Source of the DNA: Minisyncoccia bacterium
GTDB lineage: Bacteria > Patescibacteriota > Minisyncoccia > Phycocordibacterales > CAJBRS01
Reading direction: 5' to 3'
DNA: 64,000 bases
NCBI GenBank assembly: GCA_038215155.1
Contig: JBBQRF010000001.1
Span: 142,205-206,204 of the forward strand
Shown here: positions 1 through 7,839 of the stretch, piece by piece
Numbering within the stretch: the first letter of the stretch is position 1
Layout: every line of letters begins with the position of its first letter
The notes under the pieces: generated by a model
Told to the model about the DNA's origin: nothing
Seen by the model: the letters and a program-made list of their open reading frames with translations, nothing else
Database searches by the model: none
Made by a program: the position numbers and the translations under genes

Positions 1-37
1 TACTTAGTCGGCGGTATTGAGGAAATAAATAAATAAT

Positions 38-388
38 ATGGAATCCCCGAGATCAGAATTTGAAAATGATGGCTGGGAAATTGCCGATTTTATAGAGATC
101 TCGGACCCTGAAGAACGAGGAGGCCTTATTGCGCAGATAGCAACCATTTTAAGTACCACAGATGACTCCTTTAATGCTCAAGTACATGAAGACGATATGT
201 TAGCCTACGGCAGCAAGGCCATGATAGAGAATATTAGAAAAGCCATTAAAATGGGTCAAATTAATTCTAAGGCTCGTTGGTTACCTACATTAAATAAACA
301 ACTTTTAAGATTTGAAATTTATATGTCCGATTCAACTAGAGATCTAGAAAAAGGCCGAAAAGAATTGGAGGGCGAGACCAGCATATAA
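38..388 (+). CDS. hypothetical acidic protein
   Basis: Complete 116-aa ORF; no recognisable motif. Confidence 0.35.
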   Translation: MESPRSEFENDGWEIADFIEISDPEERGGLIAQIATILSTTDDSFNAQVHEDDMLAYGSKAMIENIRKAIKMGQINSKARWLPTLNKQLLRFEIYMSDSTRDLEKGRKELEGETSI

Positions 389-389
389 T

Positions 390-623
390 ATGAAACTCTA
401 TATTTACTCATTGGAAAGTATAGTTTACGAAGGAGAGGCCGAGGTAATTACCTTGCCTACCCGTGAAGGTGAGATTAGTGTCTTAGAGAATCATGTTCCT
501 CTTATTTCTGAATTGAAAGCAGGTGAGATCGTGGTCAGAAACGGACAGAATATAGAAGAGTTCCCTATCACTGGTGGTTTTGCCGAAATCAAACCTAAAA
601 AGACCATCTTGTTAGTAGAATAG
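390..623 (+). CDS. atpC: ATP synthase F1 epsilon subunit, N-terminal beta-sandwich domain only (77 aa)
   Basis: Sequence pattern typical of the epsilon N-domain (ITLPTREGEISVLENHVPLISELKAGEIVV...GGFAEI). The C-terminal helical hairpin is missing, and no atp operon is adjacent. Confidence 0.55.
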   Translation: MKLYIYSLESIVYEGEAEVITLPTREGEISVLENHVPLISELKAGEIVVRNGQNIEEFPITGGFAEIKPKKTILLVE

Positions 624-664
624 CTTGCTTATAAAGGCTGGGAGAGTATGATAAAAAAAGACCA

Positions 665-1525
665 ATGAACTTTCTAAATAAAGACAAGATTAGACCATTT
701 ACCAAGGAGGAGGCAGAGAATTTCGTTTACGAGCAAATCTACGAACTTCCCACCTATATCCTAAAACCGGAATTCATTCCGACAGCCAAACATGTTCATT
801 GTATTGACGATAGACATGTGGAAGATGATACTTTTTTGGCCTTTCCAGGTGCTAAGGCAGGAGAATTAGTCACTCATTTAACGGCCTTAAATGAGGAGCA
901 GAAATGCCTGGGGAGATCTATTGGTTACCTTCCTCAGATGGTCACCACTGCTTTTGAGCAATATTTGGGGATGCCGAATTTCCATACCGATGATCATGCC
1001 GGTCCTGAAGATCTGCCTTGTCGTGGGCGCGGACATTGTTTTAATCCCCTAATCCATCCTGAAGATTACAATCTAAATCATGAAATGGTTATCTTCTTGG
1101 AAAATTATTTTCAGGACTTAGGTAAAAGGATTAAGAAAAATAACGATCCAGAACGTCCTGGCTTTAATCCTGATGAAGTAATTCGGATTCCGATTTATTC
1201 GGGTGAACACCAGGCGCGCGCTATCTTTTTTGTGGATGATCTAACCTTAGGTCTTCGGCATAATGATGGTGAGAGCCAGGCGTATGTCTACAGCAGGGCT
1301 TGGCATCAGCGTTCGCTTCGATTAACGGCTTCACAGATTTTCTTTCGAGTGCTACTAATTCTTGCTCCGGAGGTGGATCTTCTCTCATATCAGGAAAAAA
1401 TTGTACCAGAAATCGCTTCTCTTCGTCTTGGCAGCACAGTTAAGTATCTAAAAGCCGGTAACTTGCCGAAATTTAGTGTCAAACGAGATGCGCGAAAAGA
1501 AATAATAGTTGTCCCGTTAGGTTAA
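665..1525 (+). CDS. hypothetical protein
   Basis: 286-aa ORF; no recognised family. Confidence 0.35.
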   Translation: MNFLNKDKIRPFTKEEAENFVYEQIYELPTYILKPEFIPTAKHVHCIDDRHVEDDTFLAFPGAKAGELVTHLTALNEEQKCLGRSIGYLPQMVTTAFEQYLGMPNFHTDDHAGPEDLPCRGRGHCFNPLIHPEDYNLNHEMVIFLENYFQDLGKRIKKNNDPERPGFNPDEVIRIPIYSGEHQARAIFFVDDLTLGLRHNDGESQAYVYSRAWHQRSLRLTASQIFFRVLLILAPEVDLLSYQEKIVPEIASLRLGSTVKYLKAGNLPKFSVKRDARKEIIVVPLG

Positions 1526-1543
1526 CCGGCGAAAGTCGGTTTT

Positions 1544-2752
1544 TTATTTATATTGCCGAAGAAAATTTTCCTTGAATTCTGGAAAATTTTCTTCTAGGAT
1601 AGACCGGCGAATATCTTTCATCAGGTGAACAATAAAATAGAGATTATGAATGGAAGCAAGGGTGCCTCCAAGAATTTCCTTAGCTCTAAAGAGATGTGCG
1701 AGGTAGGCGGCGGTGAAATTTTGACAAGTATAGCAAGTACAGCCAGAATCAATTGGGCTAAAATCTGAACGAAAGCGAGCATTTAAAATATTTATCTTCC
1801 CTTGCTTTGTATACATTGAACCGTTTCGGCCAATTCGAGTAGGAGCGACGCAGTCAAAAAGGTCACATCCATTTTCCACCCCTCCAAACAGATCTTCCGG
1901 CTCGCCAATGCCGAGCAAGTGCCGAGGACGGTCTTCGGGCAAAACACTATTGACCCATTCTACCGCCGTATTCATGTCCTCCTTGGCAAAAGAGCCACCG
2001 ATGCCGAAACCATCAAAAGCCATGTCGCCTATAATTTTAGCGCTTTCTTTACGTAATTCTTCATGCCGCCCACCTTGGACAATGCCAAAAAGAGCTTGGG
2101 ATTCGGCTCTTTCGGAGTGCGATTGATGCTCTGCCAAGCTTCGCTTGGCCCATCGATGTGTCCTGTCCAACGCCTCTTGCTGATATTTAATAGGTTCCGT
2201 TGGTGAAGTGCATTCATCAAAAGCAAAAATGATGTCAGCGCCAATATTATGCTGAACCTCAATTGATTTTTCTGGCGTAAAATAGTGGGCGCTACCGTCA
2301 ATATTAGATTTAAACATCACTCCGTCATGATCAATGTTAACTAGCGATAGATCATCACGTTCTTTAATAATTTTCCCTTCTGGTAAATAGAGAGGTTCTT
2401 CCCCTTTCACTACCTTGCTAATATTTTTGCCGTAAGCTGCCCCAAGGGAAAATACCTGAAAACCACCCGAGTCAGTCATGGTGGGCTTCTGCCAATTCAT
2501 GAACTTAGCCAAGCCGCCGGCCTCTTTAATTAATTTTTCACCCGGTTCTAGATAGAGGTGATATGTATTGCCAATTAATAATTCCGCGCCAATCTCTGCA
2601 AGTTGAGCAGGAGTAATACCTTTTACAGAGGCCTTTGTGCCCACGGGCACAAAGGCCGGGGTTTCAATCCGGCCGTGTGGCGTCTCCAATACTCCCGCCC
2701 GCCCCAATTTCCCCTTCAGTTTTTTCTCAATCGTAAATTTAATAGGCGCCAT
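1544..2752 (-). CDS. tgt: queuine tRNA-ribosyltransferase
   Basis: N-terminus MAPIKF..GRAGVLETPHGRIETPAFVPVGT and Zn motif CTCYTCQNFTAAYLAHL. Confidence 0.9.
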   Translation of the reverse strand: MAPIKFTIEKKLKGKLGRAGVLETPHGRIETPAFVPVGTKASVKGITPAQLAEIGAELLIGNTYHLYLEPGEKLIKEAGGLAKFMNWQKPTMTDSGGFQVFSLGAAYGKNISKVVKGEEPLYLPEGKIIKERDDLSLVNIDHDGVMFKSNIDGSAHYFTPEKSIEVQHNIGADIIFAFDECTSPTEPIKYQQEALDRTHRWAKRSLAEHQSHSERAESQALFGIVQGGRHEELRKESAKIIGDMAFDGFGIGGSFAKEDMNTAVEWVNSVLPEDRPRHLLGIGEPEDLFGGVENGCDLFDCVAPTRIGRNGSMYTKQGKINILNARFRSDFSPIDSGCTCYTCQNFTAAYLAHLFRAKEILGGTLASIHNLYFIVHLMKDIRRSILEENFPEFKENFLRQYK

Positions 2753-2866
2753 AAAATTATAGTTTCAGTTCAGATCGAAATTCGAACGCAACCTACAACT
2801 TTTAGCGAGACTTTCCCGTTATGGCCTGTCTCGATAAAAGTTCGTAGGTGCGGAAGAATTTAGCGG

Positions 2867-3355
2867 TTATTTACTCTGCACCTTCAACAACTCCACTTCA
2901 AAATGCAAGGTAGAATTTCCAGGAATCGGTCCCACCGCATTAGCGCCATATCCTAGATCAGGTGGAATAATTAGATCTCTTTTACCTCCTTCTTTCATAC
3001 CTGCTACTCCCAGATCCCAACCCTTAATCACCTGCCCTGCCCCCAGAGTGAAGGAGAACGGCTGTCCGTGATCGTACGAGCTGTCAAATTTTGTACCATC
3101 TGGAAAAGTGCCTACGTAATTGACGGTCACAAGATCGCCTGCCTTGGCTTCGGCTCCCGCCCCAATAATTACATCTTTAACCGCTAAGCTATTAACAGGG
3201 GTAGAGCTAGCTTCTTCATTTGCATTTTCATTTGATAGAGTCATATTTGGTTTTGGATTAATAAATCCGTGTAAATATCCGTAAATAATAAAAATAATAA
3301 CTACGGCGATGGCCGCACTGACGGCTATCCATTGGTTTTGGCTTAATTTTTTCAT
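2867..3355 (-). CDS. FKBP-type peptidyl-prolyl cis-trans isomerase with N-terminal membrane anchor
   Basis: FKBP core VTVNYVGTFPDGTKFDSSYDHGQPFSFTLGAGQVIKGWDLGVAGMKEGGKR; N-terminal TM. Confidence 0.85.
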   Translation of the reverse strand: MKKLSQNQWIAVSAAIAVVIIFIIYGYLHGFINPKPNMTLSNENANEEASSTPVNSLAVKDVIIGAGAEAKAGDLVTVNYVGTFPDGTKFDSSYDHGQPFSFTLGAGQVIKGWDLGVAGMKEGGKRDLIIPPDLGYGANAVGPIPGNSTLHFEVELLKVQSK

Positions 3356-3370
3356 ATATGTATATTATAC

Positions 3371-3631
3371 CTAATTTAAAAAACCCTCCAATTTTAAGAT
3401 TTTTCGTTTGGCCTTTTCTCCCCCACGATTATAATTTCCAATTTTTCCATCCGAACGAATCACTCGATGACAAGGCACGTCCTTGCGAAAGTTTTTACTT
3501 AAAACCATGCCCACTGCTCGCGAAGAGTTGGGCTGGCCAATTTTAACTGCCACTTCTTTATAAGTTAAAATTCTTCCTTTCGGAATTTTCTGGACAACTT
3601 TATAGACTTTCTCGGCGAATTTACTCTGCAT
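3371..3631 (-). CDS. ogt: methylated-DNA-protein-cysteine methyltransferase, DNA-binding/active-site domain only
   Basis: PCHRV active-site motif and an HTH ahead of it. I chose start at the internal Met (MQSKFAEKVYK) rather than the ORF-track start at 3709, to avoid a long overlap with the upstream ORF. Confidence 0.7.
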   Translation of the reverse strand: MQSKFAEKVYKVVQKIPKGRILTYKEVAVKIGQPNSSRAVGMVLSKNFRKDVPCHRVIRSDGKIGNYNRGGEKAKRKILKLEGFLN

Positions 3632-3956
3632 GTTTAGTACGATGATGGTCCCGGTGAGCACGATTCGCGGGATGATGACGATGGACCTTATGGCGCCAAT
3701 GACGGCCATGCCACCAGGTAGGATATTGGCCTGTTCTAAAAGAAAAAAGATCGTAGACCAGAAGAATTACCACTGCTTCGAGTAGAAAGTGAAAAAAACC
3801 TCCTCCGGCAGGATATGCGATCTGAAGATCAACGACAAATAAATAAATCAGAAAAAATAAACACGAAAGTGCCACCACCCAGCCGGGAAAATTTACAGGA
3901 TAGTAGGCGGCAAAATCACCAATTCTTTTAGGTTTAAACCAGTAGCGATTACTCAT
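3621..3956 (-). CDS. small membrane protein with His/Arg-rich C-terminal tail
   Basis: Two predicted TM helices; tail WWHGRHWRHKVHRHHPANRAHRDHHRTKH. Confidence 0.3.
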   Translation of the reverse strand: MSNRYWFKPKRIGDFAAYYPVNFPGWVVALSCLFFLIYLFVVDLQIAYPAGGGFFHFLLEAVVILLVYDLFSFRTGQYPTWWHGRHWRHKVHRHHPANRAHRDHHRTKHAE

Positions 3957-4533
3957 AAAGAGATTTTAACACAAACCTAGAGACAATATTAATACCTACA
4001 AAAGAAATTAGCATGCATATGCCCCAGAAAGTAATAATGGCCCAGAGTATCCGACTTTCTCGCCACTCTACTTCTTTCAGGGATCGGCCAGCCAATACGA
4101 AGCCGCTAGTAGAAGCATTTTGATACGAAACTACGACTGTGGCGATGCGGGTATCTTTTCTCGGTTGCCACGTAAGACGCTCTTCACCCATCCTCCGAAC
4201 ATTTTCAAAGATTCCCGGTGGAGGCTTGGGAAGGGATCCCTCAAAAATAGCGTTAGATATTAAAGGATTACCTCCCTTGTCGTAGATCACTAAAAAGGGG
4301 CTAAGGCTCTTATCAATCTCCATATTTCCCTGTCCTACAAGGGAATTAGGAGAAACACCGCCCGAAAGCAAACGGGCGGCGTCCTCCGCAATGGCAATTT
4401 GAGGATCATTCGCCCCTAATCTCAAGTCTTGTTGAACACTAAAATAAATAGTCCCAAAAATAATGGATATGACGGTCGCGGGAAAAAGCCACAGTATAAT
4501 CGGTTGGATAATTATTCTCGGGTGAATAATCAT
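3949..4533 (-). CDS. membrane-anchored hypothetical protein
   Basis: N- and C-terminal hydrophobic segments; translationally coupled to neighbours. Confidence 0.4.
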   Translation of the reverse strand: MIIHPRIIIQPIILWLFPATVISIIFGTIYFSVQQDLRLGANDPQIAIAEDAARLLSGGVSPNSLVGQGNMEIDKSLSPFLVIYDKGGNPLISNAIFEGSLPKPPPGIFENVRRMGEERLTWQPRKDTRIATVVVSYQNASTSGFVLAGRSLKEVEWRESRILWAIITFWGICMLISFVGINIVSRFVLKSLYE

Positions 4534-5195
4534 TTATTTAATAGACTATCAATTTTAGCTTTCAAAGCGGAGACAGTTAAATTATTATCAACTTCTTCCC
4601 CATTAATGAAGACCGTAGGAGTGTGATTGAGCCCAAGACGATTAGCATCGGCTAAATCGGCGCTAATGTGATCTTGATAAGTATTATTTGTGACTTCTTG
4701 TTGAAATTTTTCTACGTTCAGGCCAAGATCTTTAGCAAAACCCTTGAAAATAGTAATTGGATCTTTTGTTACGTTAGGATCCCACTGCGCCTGATTCTGA
4801 TAAAGCATCTCGTACATTGGCCAAAATTTTCCTTGTGCGCCGGCCGCTTCTGCCGCTTCGGCGCTGACTTTTGCGTATTGATGCTGGCTTAAAGGAAAGT
4901 GACGGAAGACGAAATTAAAGTTTGGGTTATTTTGATATGAATCGGTAACTTGTTTAATGATTGGAAAGGCAGCTCCACAAGCTGGGCATTGAAAATCTCC
5001 AAATTCCACCATGGTTACTTTGGCCGTACTAGAACCGGTCATATGACTGTCACTTTTTACTAAAAGCGCAGCCTTCTCCCCACTGACGGCCGGTGGAGCG
5101 ACGAAAGAAGAACTCTTGGCAACTAAGACTCCGATAATAATTAAAAAAACTAGAGCAATACTACTGATGATGATGGCTTCGCGTGATATTTTCAT
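4530..5195 (-). CDS. DsbA/BdbD-family thiol:disulfide oxidoreductase, membrane anchored
   Basis: Thioredoxin-fold CPAC active site (FGDFQCPACGAAFP); N-terminal TM. Confidence 0.8.
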   Translation of the reverse strand: MKISREAIIISSIALVFLIIIGVLVAKSSSFVAPPAVSGEKAALLVKSDSHMTGSSTAKVTMVEFGDFQCPACGAAFPIIKQVTDSYQNNPNFNFVFRHFPLSQHQYAKVSAEAAEAAGAQGKFWPMYEMLYQNQAQWDPNVTKDPITIFKGFAKDLGLNVEKFQQEVTNNTYQDHISADLADANRLGLNHTPTVFINGEEVDNNLTVSALKAKIDSLLNK

Positions 5196-5196
5196 A

Positions 5197-5694
5197 TTAA
5201 ATATTAATTTTATTAAGATGGCGGTAAATTATCATTAGGATAGTAATTAAAGTGGAGGCGGTCAAGGCAAGGAGAGGAATGGTAATAAAGCCGCCCCATT
5301 CAATGTATTTAGTGGTGCAGGAAACTCCCTGAAGACACGGGGCGGCACTTTCTGGCAGAATATTGTAGTAGAGAAGATTGTGATAGAGGCCGAAAAGCAT
5401 GGCAGTCATAGAAAGTGGCAATACATATTGATAGACTTTATTATCTTTGCGCAAAATACCGACGGCCAGTATGAAGGCCAGAGGATAAAGAAAGATACGC
5501 TGATACCAGCAAAGCACGCAGGGAGGGAATTTCATCACTTCACTGAAAAATAGGCTCCCCCCAAGAGCTAAAAGGGAAATAAACCAGGTTAAATAGAGAA
5601 GATGTCTTTCAGCAAAAACTTTCACATTTAAATTATAACAAAGCAGGCCTCGCTTCGCGAGGCCTGCTTTTTCCCTTCTTTCTTCAGAAAACAA
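5197..5694 (-). CDS. disulfide bond formation protein B (DsbB/BdbC-like)
   Basis: 4-TM protein with CVLCWYQRIFLYP motif; adjacent to DsbA. Confidence 0.75.
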   Translation of the reverse strand: MFSEERREKAGLAKRGLLCYNLNVKVFAERHLLYLTWFISLLALGGSLFFSEVMKFPPCVLCWYQRIFLYPLAFILAVGILRKDNKVYQYVLPLSMTAMLFGLYHNLLYYNILPESAAPCLQGVSCTTKYIEWGGFITIPLLALTASTLITILMIIYRHLNKINI

Positions 5695-6555
5695 TTAATG
5701 ATGAGTGGAAGTAGCTGTGCTCGAAGCATTATGATGATTGGAAGTAGCTGTGCTCGAAGCATGCTTATGAGAATCTTTTTCCAATTCTTTTAGTGCTTTC
5801 CTAATAGTCTCAGCATCTTCTCTAGCCGCTTTAAGATCCTCCTTTGCTGTCTTAATCATGTCACGAGCATTTTTTAAGGCCTGCTGGTTAGCATCTTGTT
5901 TTGTCTTATCTCCATTGTCCGGTGTAAGGGCTAGCGTACTTGAAGCAGCAGCAGCGGCCTTTAATTTAGCGTCAGCTAGCTTTGCGTAGTAGTCACTAAG
6001 GGTGGCACTTAGACTGGAAGTGCTTCCAGTGGCCACGCCGGAGATTCTAGTCTGAAACTTAGCACCTATGCCATTCATCATATCAACTACCACATTAATT
6101 CGGTCAGCCGCCAACACAATCTCAATTTGAGGCATCACTAACTTATAGATTCGAAAAGACGAGGTAATTGAAGCGATATCATTTTTCAGAACTGTAGCAT
6201 CCGTATCAGCATCAATTTTTGCCTTTAAAGTATTAAGATCATTAATTGAAGCTTGAACTTTTGCCACTAAACTTACTTTCGAACTTGTGGCAATCTTCTT
6301 CATGTCATTAATCCGTGCTTGAAGATGAGTTAAGTCCGAGATTCTATCATCGATCATTTTATCAGCCCGGGCAATCTCATTACTTAACTTACGAGTGCTA
6401 GTGGCTGTTGATGAAGCAAGGTGTCTGTCCCCTTCGTGGTGATCTTGTGTGCTTGAAGCATCATCATGTCCCACTCTACCCCCTTCGGCCAAAGTAAAAC
6501 TAGCGGTTCCGAAAAGAAGTGCCAAACTTAAAATTCCGTATACGATTTTTTTCAT
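5695..6555 (-). CDS. secreted coiled-coil protein with His-rich ends
   Basis: Signal peptide; HHEGDRH.. / HKHASSTATSNHHNASSTATSTHH. The C-terminus is encoded by a 36-nt-period tandem DNA repeat at 5705-5764. Confidence 0.45.
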   Translation of the reverse strand: MKKIVYGILSLALLFGTASFTLAEGGRVGHDDASSTQDHHEGDRHLASSTATSTRKLSNEIARADKMIDDRISDLTHLQARINDMKKIATSSKVSLVAKVQASINDLNTLKAKIDADTDATVLKNDIASITSSFRIYKLVMPQIEIVLAADRINVVVDMMNGIGAKFQTRISGVATGSTSSLSATLSDYYAKLADAKLKAAAAASSTLALTPDNGDKTKQDANQQALKNARDMIKTAKEDLKAAREDAETIRKALKELEKDSHKHASSTATSNHHNASSTATSTHH

Positions 6556-6566
6556 ATTTGTATAAT

Positions 6567-6860
6567 TTAACGATTTCCTTGATAAAGTCCCTTCATTTGG
6601 GCATCCACCTTAGCTAGGTCTGACTGCAAGTCTGAATCAGAGTTTCCTGCCGAAAGACTGGTAGAATCCAGAGCTGAAGCTCCATTCGGATACTTATTAC
6701 TAAAGTGCTGGCTAGTAGCCATCCAGGCAATAACACCTACTATCACCAGAATTAGAACGACTCCTAGAACAGTTTGAGTATTTTTATTCATTTTTAAAAG
6801 CCTAATTAATAATTCCCTCCTGCCGCATATTATACCACAGCCTACTCGCCAGATTGTCAA
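6567..6860 (-). CDS. small membrane protein
   Basis: Single TM helix. It overlaps the next ORF by ~59 nt, so its real start may lie later. Confidence 0.3.
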   Translation of the reverse strand: MTIWRVGCGIICGRRELLIRLLKMNKNTQTVLGVVLILVIVGVIAWMATSQHFSNKYPNGASALDSTSLSAGNSDSDLQSDLAKVDAQMKGLYQGNR

Positions 6861-7839
6861 TACTAAAGGAGGAGGGAGTAACTAGTAAATAGAGGGATGC
6901 GCCAAAGAGAATAAGGTGGGGCCATACTGCCTCACCAAATAAGAATAGAGACAAAGTAAGATAGAAGAGGCTAATTGTGACGACTAAGCGGGTTTGAAAG
7001 CCGAAGATGATACATAAGCCAATGAGAGCTTCCACTATCCCCGCCCCGAGGACAATTAGCAAGGGATCGTGCGGAAAAAGAAAATGAAAACGAGGGAGAT
7101 CATAGCCATTAACTACCGCCAGAGTGATAGCGGGATGAAGAAACTTAACATAAACGGCTGCATAGAGGAGGGCCAGACCGTAACTAATTCTAATAATTGG
7201 TTGCTCCCACTCTAGTTTAGTCCAAAGCCCTCTTCTCTTAAAAAAGAGGTAGTCTAGAGAATAGATTCCGGAGCCAAAAAAGATTAAAGCAAGAAATTCT
7301 CCGACGTAGCTTAAATAATTAAATAAATAAGCGCCGAAGGCAATAGCCGAAAGCTTTAAGACTATTATAGAGATCAGCCCTGCTGCTTCAGAAAATAATC
7401 CTAAAGCGATTAGAGCGCTAAGAAGGTAGAGGACGATTCTTATATAAGGAATGAAGGTAAGCTGATTTAAAGAAAGTTCCGGTCCGAGAAAGTTTTGAGA
7501 ATAGGCAGAATAAAAAAGGGCGGCCGCAACAGCCAGTCGAATGAAGATGGCGCCAAAATTGCCCAAGCGCTCAATTTTGGCGCTCAACTTATTCCCCACT
7601 CCTGATTGTTGAAATATAAAATTAGCAATTACTAAAACAAATATTCCAATACCAATTAATACCACTAACTGAATATTGGCCGGATCTAAAAGGGCGCGAA
7701 AAGGGTGGACGGTCGAATCCCTAAAACTTTGAGCAATTTCTCCCTCTGATAAAACATAAACTTCGTGTGCACTAGAAGATATCGGGAGACTAAAAAGTAA
7801 GAGGGCTAAGAAGTAAAATAGATTTTTCCAGTTACTCAT
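6802..7839 (-). CDS. polytopic membrane protein
   Basis: About 9 predicted TM helices; stop abuts the start of the giant fibre gene. Confidence 0.45.
   Translation of the reverse strand: MSNWKNLFYFLALLLFSLPISSSAHEVYVLSEGEIAQSFRDSTVHPFRALLDPANIQLVVLIGIGIFVLVIANFIFQQSGVGNKLSAKIERLGNFGAIFIRLAVAAALFYSAYSQNFLGPELSLNQLTFIPYIRIVLYLLSALIALGLFSEAAGLISIIVLKLSAIAFGAYLFNYLSYVGEFLALIFFGSGIYSLDYLFFKRRGLWTKLEWEQPIIRISYGLALLYAAVYVKFLHPAITLAVVNGYDLPRFHFLFPHDPLLIVLGAGIVEALIGLCIIFGFQTRLVVTISLFYLTLSLFLFGEAVWPHLILFGASLYLLVTPSSFSIDNLASRLWYNMRQEGIIN

Noticed and set aside
1908-2863. ORFs 1908..2126 (+), 2029..2301 (-) and 2603..2863 (+), inside or antisense to tgt
   Set aside because: They are embedded in the well-supported tgt ORF, and the minus-strand one is out of frame with tgt
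3371-3709. The full 112-aa ogt ORF starting at 3709
   Set aside because: The first 26 codons overlap the upstream membrane-protein ORF by 89 nt and precede the conserved MGMT domain. I preferred the internal Met at 3631; the longer start cannot be excluded
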